Source: Trichoplax sp. H2 (lineage: Eukaryota). Taken from it: a stretch of DNA of 64,000 nucleotides. Position numbers and translations under genes: made by a program. Under the pieces are notes generated by a model, which was not told the origin of the DNA, searched no databases, and saw only the letters and a program-made list of their open reading frames with translations. Of this stretch, positions 24,601 through 37,700 are shown piece by piece. Numbering within the stretch: position 1 is the first letter of the stretch; every line of letters starts with the position of its first letter. The stretch covers positions 1 through 64,000 of the forward strand of contig NOWV01000144.1 of assembly GCA_003344405.1 (NCBI GenBank), written 5' to 3'.

Positions 24601-26616
24601 ATAGGATAAGATATATCTATCGCCTTTTAACTTTCAACCATGACGATGTCATAATGTCGATAGGATTAAATTATTACTATCGTTATCAATAAATTACTAA
24701 ACTATTAAATAGATATATATCTTGTAAATCATAATAAGCACTATACAGTATTCCTATGTTAAGATTTTCAATTTAACAATCTTAATTGAATGATGACATA
24801 TCAGAGATTAGGAATCATCCAATTAGATTGAAAATTAAATTAATGTATAAATTTACTACCAAGAAAGTAGCTAATGTATTAGGTCATGCCTATTAAATTA
24901 TATCAATTAGTCATTATTTTCTCCGCTATTCATGTTAATAACATGTTCAATCGCCAAATTGCCCTTGATGCATTTTTTGCCCACGGTTATAGTGGAGAAG
25001 TAAAATAGGTTACTTTTCATTGTATTCTACTGTACTAGAACTTGGGCCATTTCTAATAACTAATAATGTAGATAATAATTGTCATAGAATCATTAATGTT
25101 GTATTTTTGTCCTCATTTCCGTTATATGTATCATCTCACTATCATGACGAAAAAATATGATCCTAGAATGAAATGATAGGGGTCAAAAATTAAAGAAACC
25201 CGCAAAAAATTGTGGATAAGGAATAAAACTTAGATAATCTGTGTCAAAAATTTGATATTTACTCTATCGTGATTGTACCTATCAATGACTTCCATTTAAT
25301 CGATCGTCGAATGTACCTCTACTGTCAATACGTTATAAAGAGCAAAATTCTTCGAATTATATGGTCGTCATATCGAAAATGTTTGTTCTTCTTTATACTC
25401 ATTAGCCTCATGGAATGTCAATATATATACTATAGCTAGGAGTAAAAAGTCGGAGATAATAGATAGATTTATTACTATCGAAATTTTTTTATGCCATTTC
25501 CTTCGGAAAGAAATAAATTCTATCTTGATTTATCTGTAACAAACTCGAATTCATTTGAAGGTATGCTTATTCGATATAGCTACAAATAAGAAGTAAGGTT
25601 AAAAAAATGGCTTAAATCCCTTAAGGACCAAGACGAGAAAGGGGAAAAAATCAATTTATAATTGTGACGTGAACGTGGACTACTTGAGTTGTTTCTTTCT
25701 TTGTTATGTCTAGTAACATGAACTTATCCCTTAATTTACCGTTGTAGGTAAAGACAAGTATAGAAGGATTGAAATAGATTGCATCACCTCATGCGAAAAG
25801 TAGAATGTACCCCACTCCTATTTTTGTTGTGCTTTATTATTAGAAAAATGAATTCGGTCTATGTAATCTTAAAAAATTAATAAAGTTATAGATAACTAGA
25901 AGAGACGGGAAAATTAGAACAAGCTTTTTCAAAGTGATGTATAAGTGTGACTTGTACGTTAGAAGTATATCTTAATTGAATTATTTTCTCTTAAAGGGCT
26001 TAGAGTTTAAAAAGAGGAAATTAGTTTCGATCTAAACTAGACGATGATGAAAGTAAAACTATTGACCCAGTATTAAATATCATTCAGGTGCTATAGTTGC
26101 TTGATATCTACTTTTATTCTATTTTCCTCTTCAACTAAAAATTAAAGTCAGGGTAACGGAACAATCTTCTCAAAAAAGATTCCCGTAAACATTTTTACAT
26201 ATCTTCTTAAATGATTCTTAATTTATGGCGATGCCGACTATGGCTTACAATCAAGATCTTTCCCGATAGTATCGAATCCCAAATAGGATTCAGTTTTAAT
26301 TTAAAAATGAACATAAGTGAAGATCGTAAGAACGTTGTGGTTAAAAATCAGCGATAAATTGAAAAGAAATAAAATTGTGGTTACAATATTTCAATTCTAA
26401 TAGCACTGTTAAAATAAAAAAATATCAAATAGGTACTCACAATGTGGCAATACTGGATTGAATATCTGTTGGTACTGAAGTTAAATCAGCATTTTTACAA
26501 TCATATTGATTTGTGCCGCAAGTACAACCAGGCAAGCAAGCAGCAGTAACTTGGTGACGATAGTCCATTACAGTAAAAGCCACTGTTAACACCAATATCC
26601 AATACTTGTAAATCAT
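9696..26616 (-). CDS. Type I single-pass leucine-rich-repeat membrane protein (~874 aa): signal peptide, LRRNT, ~9-10 LRRs, LRRCT, S/T/P mucin-like stalk, TM helix, ~415-aa low-complexity cytoplasmic tail ending in DTVV
   Basis: 14 coding exons with canonical splice sites and consistent phases: 26441-26616 (MIYKYWILVLTVAFTV...CLPGCTC...DC..ADLTSVP, signal + LRRNT); nine phase-2 LRR exons 14219-14290, 13832-13903, 13578-13649, 13413-13484, 13230-13301, 12982-13053, 12587-12661 (75 bp), 12408-12479, 12197-12268 (72 bp each otherwise, e.g. DLSDNIINYISPRAFNRLKKLRYL); 11886-12064 (NNPFYCDCNLIWLKIW...CTRP...MIC, LRRCT); 11338-11613 (Thr/Ser/Pro-rich); 11152-11242 (IAAGSAAGGVILICLVCIIIYYIYKR, TM); 9696-10947 (tail). 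Confidence 0.9.
16725..17070. repeat. Two tandem copies (16725-16882, 16923-17070) of a ~150-158-bp unit with 13-bp terminal inverted repeats and internal hairpins
   Basis: TGGAGAGAACGGC (16725-16737) ... GCCGTTCTCTCCA (16870-16882); internal stems GAATGGGTTC/GAACCCTTTC and CTGACTGGAA/TTCCAGTCAG; the unit is duplicated with a period of ~198 bp. Confidence 0.8.
17723..18642. repeat. Minisatellite array of 8 units (110,118,118,118,118,110,118,110 bp)
   Basis: Units start at 17723, 17833, 17951, 18069, 18187, 18305, 18415 and 18533. Consensus: gaacag(c/t)atataaaatggcaatcaagccttgaagaatagttgccgtttcctacaggcattgcaagcttgtcgacagtagtcatga(ctcatga)tggtagttgaaataggactcccatta. The second element copy has only one unit (~20868-20983). 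Confidence 0.95.
18908..18927. other. Assembly gap (20 N) between the two element copies
   Basis: Run of n characters; copy 2 begins at the first base after the gap. Confidence 0.99.
19995..20152. repeat. Third copy of the 158-bp fold-back unit (single in element copy 2)
   Basis: tagagagaacggc...gccgttctctcca with the same internal hairpins, followed by a T-run at ~20180-20189. Confidence 0.8.
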
Positions 26617-28739
26617 GGCGCTTATATGATGCACATCGGCAACGATAGCGTGCCCAAGGTATGTTGAAAAAGAATATTCAAAGATTGTTTAAGTGAAGTA
26701 GTGGGATAAGAATCAAGATAAAGATTCTTATAGCAATCACCAAAGGCCAATCAATGAATTGAATTGAATTTGTTTTTGTAAGCTCAAGATCCAAATGCTG
26801 TAGGCAAAAAAAGGAGGATCGCAGATGAGCCACTGACGCAAGAAGAATCGATTCAAGTAAAATGATGAAAAGCGGACAAACCAGTTAAAAAAAGGTGGTA
26901 GGTATACTTGTTGCCTTCTGTCGTTGGTAACTGCATAATCATCATGCACAATGTTGCTCACGTGGTTTAATAGCATTGCAATAACGCTAGAATAAGGTTT
27001 ACAACTAAAAAGCAGTAGGAACATTACGATAAAGATCAAGGACAATAATTGACTAGCGAATAATTACCATATCTATTCATGAACAACATCATTAACATAA
27101 GAATAGTTCTTAAAAGCAAACTCTCCATTTACTTGCATTTACAATCATCATGTATTCCTATACAACAGTAAATTTTAATCCTCCTCCCTCCTTCTCTCTA
27201 TTTCTCTTTTCACTGTTTTAGACTCTATCCAAATCAAATAAAATAAAAAGAAATAATTATTCAATCATATTATAAGACTAATGATTGATAGGAAGAGTAA
27301 AAGATTTACAGCAAATCGTGACAGCTGACCTTCACCTTACTAGCACTTGATCAACCCATCAAAATAATATTGACTTTATACATTTTAGCTTAATGGATAC
27401 ACACATTTTAATACGATGTTCTCGATCAAATACGATAATGCCATAAGTTAACACGGATTAAATAGCTTTATGGTTATGTTCCAACAATTTCTTTCAAATA
27501 GGCTTTAAAACTATCCATTATGCATTCGACTTTATTAAATATGCGGTAAATTAAGTAGGTAATCGATCAATATTCTATGCCGTCATTATTATAGAATTTT
27601 AAAATATCTTGCGCTACTTTTTTCAACTGGATAGTTTAAAAGTGTTAGAAGAATCCATACGCTATCGCCAAAGTTAATATCTATCCACAACTGCATGTAG
27701 CGAGTGTCGTAGATAATGAACTAAATTCAAGTCTGTTACAATTTAATTCCTTCAAAACTTATTATCCTCGGCCTTCCTCAAACATATACGTACGAATGAC
27801 GCAAGTCTCACGAAAAACATGCAATATAAAGACTTGGATTTATTTGCATATAATGCAGACCAATTCAATATACACGAATAATTCCTAATTACTTTCAAAA
27901 TGGCGGGTAATTCTCTTACTTTCTGAAAGTAAATCCGCTCTTGTACCTCAAGATGTTCATTAACGCACAAAGTAAGTTCATATAAGATACATGATACTTA
28001 AACCGACAATTAATGACAACTTATATTCTAAAGTTTGGAGACTTTTTGCGCATTAAGGTAGAAACCTACTACACATAAATCCTAGATAGACTAGCTACAC
28101 TTATTTTCTTAACAAAACATAACTAAACTTCTTTTTTATTGAGATAATTAATAAGTTCTTCGAAATAAAATTACTTCTACCTATGACATATCATGCAGAA
28201 ATTCGTATGTACTATAAACACACTGATACTGTAGCAACAGCGTGCATGGATCCTAAAAGTAATAAGATACATATGTGACATTTTTTATCCCTTACATAAC
28301 TTTATCCCCTTCCACTAAATAAGATAAAATTATGGAAACTATCTTCATGTAAAACACGTGATATATAAGATAGTTTAATAGTATTTGGATTTATTCATGT
28401 TAACTGTTCTTAGGCAGTAATTGAAATATAGTAAATGATATATTACTATCGAAATTGCTACAATATTTGATAATATTTAGACAATAATTCTAGCTAATTT
28501 CTTATGATATGAATTCGTAAAACACAATACATACATATAGAAATATTCATATACTGTTCTAATTTATACTCTTTATTTCAAGATGTCGATTCGATAAGAA
28601 ATTTCTACATTCGTAAAAATGTATGTGTACACCAAATACTACTATAAAATTGAGATTCTACACTTCACTATCGCGTAAAAATACAGACTAGATAAGGAAT
28701 TCTTTTTGCTTGTATTCGTAAATATAAATATAGATTAAC

Positions 28740-28744
<5 letters not shown>

Positions 28745-28773
<29 letters not shown>
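28745..28773. repeat. (AT)n microsatellite
   Basis: ~14 AT units, followed directly by CTGTA. Confidence 0.95.
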
Positions 28774-31700
28774 CTGTATGTACATTATCTTTTGCATTTA
28801 TGTAACTGTATAAAAATTTTCATAAATCTGTCGAAGAAATTCAATAAACTGTGACTGCTTGACGACCTAGTAATTCCTCAATATTATCATCCGGCTCATA
28901 TTTTAAGCTAATCAGAACAATTTAATTTTTTATTTGAACATTGCCAACATTAGAGACCAGTTTCAGTATTTTATGGACATAAACCACTGCTATGCACCGA
29001 TCAGGGTATATTCACTTACGAACTTACCTGAAAATAATCATGATTGCCTATAAAGTAATACATTACCAATGACTAATCAGAAAAAAATTTTAAAGTATTC
29101 AATTCCATTTACCGTTAATTACTACAAATTACAATCATATAGATTAAGCTGTCCTCAGTATGAAAATACTTTAGCTATAGCCTTCGAGAGTAAGCATTAC
29201 CTTTAACGAATATTACAACGTGGATATCATTCTAATTTACTTCAAATTTTTAATATTATGTGATACATTTTGTACATGAAAGAGTACAAATTATAATACG
29301 AGTGAGCACATTATCATTTTCTAAATATTAACACACCAAAACATAGTTAATTTTCTTTTTGATAGTGGTATCCTGCACATTTTTAATTTAATTTTGGTTA
29401 CTCCATTGAGTAACTTGAAATTGCGTTATTTACTATAGTAAAATCACAGATATCTTATCTATAGTTTGTTAAAAATATACTATTAGTCATCAAAATAGTT
29501 TAATCAAGCGGCAATGACGTTTTGTCGCTACAGGCACAGACGGTCGTCGTCTGAACTAGCGGCACAATAGGATTGCCTATATAACCAAAATTGATGATCC
29601 GTTGGAGGTCCTTTAGGGTGTAGCAAAGCAGAAAGGAAAGATTAATTTAAATTAATCGGATATGGTAACATGAATAGAATTAAAATGTATTAGATTAGAA
29701 CCGATAGGTGTTTTAGCTCTGCATTACACCTTACTGGTCAGTATTTATCAAAAGATTAAAAATTGAAAGATAAAAAATCTCATAATGACATTCTATACAC
29801 TTAGAAAAAACGTTTTATTCAACTTATTTTATAGTTTCAATAAGGTTTGCATACTGTCGGAGACCCCAAATAAGTAAAATCTCATGGTGTTAAGGGTTGG
29901 TTGTATTAAGAAAAGCTATTGTAACACCTTATCTTAACAATGTTATAGGGTGGCAAAAGTCTAATTTTCTTAACGATGCTAGCAACAGTAAAAGAAAATC
30001 TAGTACAGATTAAAAACTTTCTGTATCTCTACTTATCGATAGTACTAAGAATGCAGGGATAGATGCAAGTAACTCTTAAATTTTAAGTTTATGGGCAACA
30101 TCGAACAGACCCCATGCTTGGCTTTCTGACATAATAATGCTAACATTTGGTTGGCAGGCTAAGAACAAAAAGAATGATTCAGAAGGCACCAATACTCTAG
30201 GCTTTCTTAACTAGTCATATCGATAATAATTCAAGTACTTATGCAGAAGCAAATTAGAATGAACTTTAAATTCAAAACTATTGTTAATATCAAATATAGC
30301 ATGATTATTATGGCGTAACTGAACAACATTTTCTATCAATCATCACCGTTAAATTTAATTCACACAATTATAAAGCTATTCAAATAAAACATGTTATTAG
30401 CTAATCGTCACAATATTTAAACAAGTTTTCATACCATTTAAATGACTGCATACTCTAATTAACTACAGCTTTCGCATATCATTCTTAAATCTTATTGCTA
30501 GAATAAATTCGTTATCATTTTATACTACGTTATTTTTCATTTAACGAAGGAACAATACTGACAAATGAACGAATTTAAGTATACAGTATACCCGCCATAT
30601 GCCGAAATAATCGAATTATTAGTTATGCCGTATTTGCTTCTTACCACTAATAAATAAAATAATACCATCAAGAATTTAATATCATCTTTACTTACATGTC
30701 ATATTAAATATAGAATACAAAAAATAACGCCATTCATATGGTTTTACCGGATATCCGAATTAACTACTACAATAATTCTTGTAATAACACTATCATAATT
30801 AGACAGAATAAATTATGAATTAATTGGCTAAAGCTCTAAACTATACAGAAAGTAAAGGACGTAAAATAATATAGGGAACGAATAAAATGTTAGGATGGAG
30901 CTAATTTAATGCTAACAAGTCAATAATTCAATTTTTAACTGAATGTCTAGGTGTTACAGATTATTCTAACCATAGGTCATAAAATAATGTAAGTCGTATT
31001 CAAGCATATCTTAGGAATGATCATGGCATGGCAGTCATACTTTTCATCTCATTTAAACTATTGTTTTATTTTACTACATTATTTCATAAGAATAACGAAG
31101 ATGGAGATTTTTAATGGGGTTATTAGGTAAAGTTACAAAATATAAATCGATATGTGACCTTTCAGAAATTAACAATAACTCCTAAGCGAAGAATAGCAAC
31201 TGCAATGACATGCTAATGATTTCACTTCGAGCTGTGTTATTAATAATGCATCATATTGTTTACTATAAGGAAGGTCACCAAGTAACTCAGAGATATCACG
31301 CAAAGATAACATAGGCTTACTTTGTAAACTGCCTTTTCTACGTAGAACAGATTATTAAAAAAATTTCCATTACTGAAACAAAGAAGCTAACTGAATTACT
31401 GAAATCGAACTGCTCCAGATAATCACAACTCTTCTATCATTTTTGAAGGTTGTTCAATTTTTTGGATTTATATTATGGTATGCAGTATAGCATATTGAAA
31501 TTGAATAATATTACAGCATTTTATTAGCATACGAGATGACTTGTGTTGTTAAAATATCTTAGTATATTATTACAATTAGTAAAAGTAATCGAATAACTCG
31601 GGATACAAACTATTAAAAAAGCAAAGGCTAAAGGATTCCTTTATGACTTTAGTGCGGGACGACTTCAATGCATTAGTGAATGCCATCTTAATTCAAAGAC

Positions 31701-34700
31701 AAACATTCCTATCTATACGTCCTTGCATTAAATAGAGACAAGTTATTTTATTTGCTTAACTATTTAATTAAAACCATTAAATGTAAAGGGTAATTAAATC
31801 TTTCTTTTTAATTTATGCTTATGAGATATTTAGTCATTATTGCGAAACAAGTCCTTAATGAACATAAATGTGATGAAGCTTATTGCGATTCAATAACTAA
31901 GTGTTCGTATAGTAGTATGTTGGCAAACAGCAAACTTCAAACATTTTGCTACAGTTATTCATTTTTATACCGACATCAATTAACTCTACTTGTGGTCGCT
32001 TTACAGCTTACAACATGTAGGGAAAATAATGCATTTTTGAAAAAAGAATAAAAAACGAAGTACCAACTTCTACTTGTGACCTTGTATACTATCGAGGCTT
32101 TATTCCCAATCTTCTTACGCAGTATCAACGATGCTGTGAATTTTACTCACGGTAACATTGACAGAATATTATTCTATTAGTGCATTAAAATGATTAAAGA
32201 AAGAACAAGCGAACAATAACAATTCGATAATACATACTGTGTATGATTCAACACGAAGCACTGCGTATAACTCTTGGTGAACCCGTTATTATTTCATAAT
32301 TCTTCACTATAATTCACTACCTATGCATGTAGAACACAAGCAGAATAGCTTGTTGAGTGAATTTTACGAATACATTAGGAAAAGTTGAGCTAAATAATCA
32401 AAGCGTCGATTATGCCCATGCATTTAGGTATTTCTGAGCAACTTCTTCGATTTTAAATCAATTTAAGGTATGGTAGAATGTGATTTTGTAAAATACGAAT
32501 GATCTAAAAATGCGGATCTATAGCAAAATTCATATATATCTGACTACTAAAAAAGTAATAATTAGTTAATCTCTGTATAAAAAATCGGGCTTCTGTAACT
32601 ACTACCTTTAATAAGCGCTGCATATTACACAGTTACTAATTTCACTTACGCATTTTTTTTAAATTCTGCCCAGGTGTTGCGCTAATGCGGCGTTTAATAA
32701 CTACAAAAGATTGGAGTAGATAATTTACTACTGTATATTCGATCCTTTTACTGCACTAAATCGTCTCGGTATGTGTATTTAGTACAGTAAAGGGTGGTTT
32801 ATGAGCATAGATTGATTCGATATGTGTGAGAAAGATACGTGTATTCGTACTTCTCTCACATCAACAGTGAAGGTATATTTTGAATAAATATTTTGTTTAT
32901 TTCAATCTATACGAATCGTATGCGTATATAGAAGGGGATGTATCTATGCTACAGTTAATCTATTAAGCATCTATAGCATAAAATTTGTAAAGAATTAAAA
33001 GAATTGTGCTTCACTATAAGCACATGCTACAGATTCAGTGTGCACTGGCTATCGAGAACGGCCACTCTAGTGCAAGTAAATAGTAATTTAGTATTCATTT
33101 ACAGACTATATTATCATATACGCTTTAATTTTCAAATTAACTGAAGATGTAACGTATTCCCACACGATGGTCAGTAATGAATTATTCATTAATTATTTTC
33201 TTGTTTTACGTATTGATGACGATCGCGTACACTTATAAAATTTAATGGAGGCTTTAATAAACTAATATTGAGTATTAATGTAAAGAGATACCCTGCCACA
33301 ACCGAAAGATAAACTTGCACCCACGCTACTTTTGGCAAGACATCTAAAGGTAGTGATATATATATATACATTTGTTCCATTACCCAACGATTTCTGAAGA
33401 CTGTATTCACTTTCGTGCGCATTTTATTTGCTATTGCTACAGTAGCCTATCTAACCATATACATGCAAATAGAATTCATATCTCTCAGGTCTAGTTATAC
33501 TCATATGTTGTCAATCATTTAGTTATAAACTTTATTATATATTTCAACTACATACCACATCTAGTTGACTCAAGCTCAGGCGAGATCATATGCGGCACTC
33601 GAGAAAAATAGTTTGCAGCTGTTTCTATACATAACAACGTGTTTCCCAATAATTTGCAGCTATTACGCTAACCGAAAGAGTTATCAGAGTTGTAATAAAT
33701 TCGTATACTATATAGCTAAGACATATTTCAAATTATAGTCATAATCTAATGTATCAAAGGATATATGACGGCGAAAAAATTGAATACTGCTTTCGTATGC
33801 TTATAGGACATATCATGCATGATCAGTAAATCTAACATGAGAAGAGTCAATTAACTTCGCCTCATTTCCTATAATGTTAAACTTTAATATGATACTGTAA
33901 GTAAAAGACCACAAACCGAAAAATTAAATACTTCTAAAATATATATTATCTGGAGAATACGTAAAATGCTCGTATTAAACTCAGTTATGACGAAGAAATT
34001 ACTTAAGTAAGGTAATAGGAAGAAAAATGGATATCTTAGCCGATACGACATGCATGAATAAGTCGCAAAAGTACATTGTAATACTTAAGCTAAACTGATT
34101 TGAATTGTCTATGGCAGTCATACTAGAATTAAAACCATATAGCAGTTAGGAAATGATTTGTTCAATTAGCATTTATGAAACTAAATTGCTGTTTAGAAAT
34201 GATAAAGCATGACTAAGTACGGCTTTAAACTCAACGTGGAAATAATTTTAAGTTTAAGACTGCATGTATTATTTGTATACACGTTCATGAATTAGTAGAA
34301 GTGCACATGCCGTATGCATCACCAATAGTATAACTTTATTTTCGATAGTTTTCTTTCTATACCGAACTTATTGAAAAAAAGCTGTAAGGGGTAAATCTGC
34401 ATTTATACAATTATCTATCTATTTTACGTACAGCTAACTGGACTTTACACTTTATGCTTACACATTAAATTAGCTCCAATCTCATGATAAATGGATTGTG
34501 CAACAAAGAGAAGAATATAGCTTAAGTTCCCCTCTAAGAAAGGCATTAGAAAGTCTAAGATGAACGCTCATAGAATAATAGTAATAGTTTCTGTCTGGGT
34601 TTAAGTATTACTCGCTATACAACAAATAAATAAGTTCAGCGTGCTTATCATTTATCAATTTGATTGAAATAACCCTTATTGATACCTACGAATTTTTTTT

Positions 34701-37700
34701 TTGTAATGCCTTATAATATAAGGCTATGGTCTAAAATGGGTAATTTAGCCACATAATATTAAAATCTTAATAGATAATACATGAATAGGTAGACTATCCT
34801 AAACGTTGGTACAAAATGATTTTTATTTTTAAAACTAAAATCGATAATCAAAATGCGATGACTAAAGAAAATATATCTTTATTTATTGGCATAAAGTAGA
34901 CGTTCGGTAATTCTATAGAAATAGTGACATAATGTTTGCTTAAATAAAAGCCACCAAATACAGTCGATATGGATGAATACAATACATGACCATTACAGAT
35001 AATGATGCATGGCATGAACTTAATTGCCTAAAATCCTTGATCATATATGTTTCTAGTATGTAAGTCAAATATTTTTGAGATAACTATTAATTTAATACGA
35101 AATAAAACAATCAGAGATAAATTTTTTATCCATTGCTATAGTATTGTAATAGTTTACATAGAATAAAGTACTGTGCGTTAGCGGGCCTTGGCTGATTATG
35201 AAATGATGAACAACGGTATTCACTTTTATACTAAGTACCGAGAGCCATATTCTTGATGCTTAGGCGTTTCAAGGCTATTACAGAATCTAAGCTGGTCTAA
35301 GACCGCCAGATCACTAAGCTACGAACCTAACGTAGTAGTAATAAGCCTATTACAAGTATGTACCATTATTTCCATTTGATCAGCGAGTCTCTCATTATCA
35401 TTTTTATGCCAATTGCAGCCTCGACAATTACTTATCATCTATGCTATATGTTTTTATAGAATAGCAAATACGGTAAAACCCCACACAAAGTTCATTGAAT
35501 AATTCGCAATAAATAATAACAGTCGCAAGAGCTAGATTAACTTGACTAGTAGTCTTGATTCTAAATTTAAGCATGCCTATTTTTAAAGCAGTTATTCTGT
35601 GATTTTTTAATTTCAGAACACCAGCAAAGGGCCGATTTTGAATGCAATGTTCACATCTGAAAGCAATATATAGGCTTAATAATTTCTTAATTTTAATCTT
35701 TCATCAAAATATTGATTGCTGTGTTTCAGTTACTTTGATGAAATAACAAATCTGACCAATAGCCGAGTGAATACAACAGTGCATTATTTAAAAATTATAA
35801 CAGACGATAGACCACCCTCTATTTAACTAACGTTCATAATAGGCTTACTTCTATTTGACGTACATGTTACCGCCTTTGATATATGACAGTTAAAGATGTC
35901 CAAGCGTGCCTTATTGATATTTCACTGCAAATTAATAATGCTTTCCACCCAATATAAACACATTTACCCTTATATGTGCTGTTTGCGCGTCTACTCGTAC
36001 ACTATAAGCGCATAACTAGAATTATAAATTATTAAAATGGACATAAATTTATGTAGACAGACACGATTGACAAGATGGGGATAAAAAGAAATGTATTAGT
36101 TTCGGAAATATAGGAGACATTAGTTAACGTAGCATTCTTGTCGGATTATTTCCATATCATTCTACGTGGTAAATAATGCAACGATACACTGTCTTCTTGA
36201 ATCCTTCTAGCTATTATGTTGAAAAATGTAGTTCTACTGTACACCGTGCTAGATAACAAGATGAATATTATTTTTCTTATATAAGCAATTAAAGTTAAAT
36301 AATCAATCATAGTGACTAAAATCAATATGGCAAGTAAAGTTCATTACCAATCGTAACTTTGTCACACATATACGCGTATAGATAAATGTATAATTTACTA
36401 TAATGTATCAATGGATTCATATATCTCTCTACTAGTAGAAGAAAGAATGCAACCGGACATATAAATTAGCATGTGCAGATAACGGGCACTAAAGGTTAGT
36501 TCAACGATGAACTAATAAATAATTATCCGTAATTTACTCATTTAATTCAATATCATTCTTTCATAATGATGTTTATTTAGATGACAATATGATTAAGGAT
36601 TCCTCTCATGATAAACCATAATCGGGTCAAGTCAATAAATATTTGGCCACTCCTATAATTAATATCGTATCAAATCGATTTCATCATCTTCGCTTCTCTT
36701 TTGTTACTATCATGCTGTTGATAACAGTTAGTTCTATGGCTTGTTATACAGAAATTATTAATGATTAATTCAATTTACAACAGCGGCTATGGAATGATAA
36801 AGTATAATTTTAAATCGTGTAAATTTTAATTAATTCGTTTTTTGTTTTTTTTTATATAATAATTGTAGCTTGATATAATCTGTTTTGTAGACGATCAGAC
36901 AAGTCATCGTTATCCCACAATCGAATCAAATTATGTTATTGGCCTTAATTTACGTTTTAGAAACTTTACAGGACTGTACACTTTGTTAATTATTAATAGT
37001 ATTTTACAAATTTCTCAAAATGAAGCATGATGATAGATTTTACGCTAGGAAAAGGTAAATGCAAATAATTGTTCTAATGAATAAACAAGCCAATTAGGTG
37101 GATAATTATTATTTCAAGAAAAGCATACGATTCATTATGATACATACAGTCACGTCGAGGATTATAGCACAAATAATATAAAATTCAATAAACCCTTTGC
37201 CAAAACACCATGAAATCAGCATATCATTTATAATTAAGGTATATACTTACCGTCATCAGTTAATAAATAGCTGATTAGAAACCTTATTTAGGGTTATTTT
37301 TAAGCAATTTAATGTTGTAGATAGCTGTTTTATATTTCTAATATTACAATATATTTCTACTTTGAATATGAGTAAGCTGCACGATAACTTTATAAATTTG
37401 TAGTAAACTTAACCAATATTCAGTCTGCTTTTTACTAAATCCGTTGTTTTATATTTGCATTTATGCATGCTATATCATAACTATGCTCGTTGAATATAAT
37501 TTATGTTTATCTATCTAGAAACATCGTTTGTATTGAACTAGTGAATCTCGCCTTATATATATAGTAAGGATACCTTTAGTAATTAATCCTTAATCTATTT
37601 GATGGAACTCGGATTGCATACTTTATATTCACTTGTTGATAACATAAGGATATCTATCGACCTTCAGAACCATAATTTAAAGCTGTCGTGATAGGTCAAT

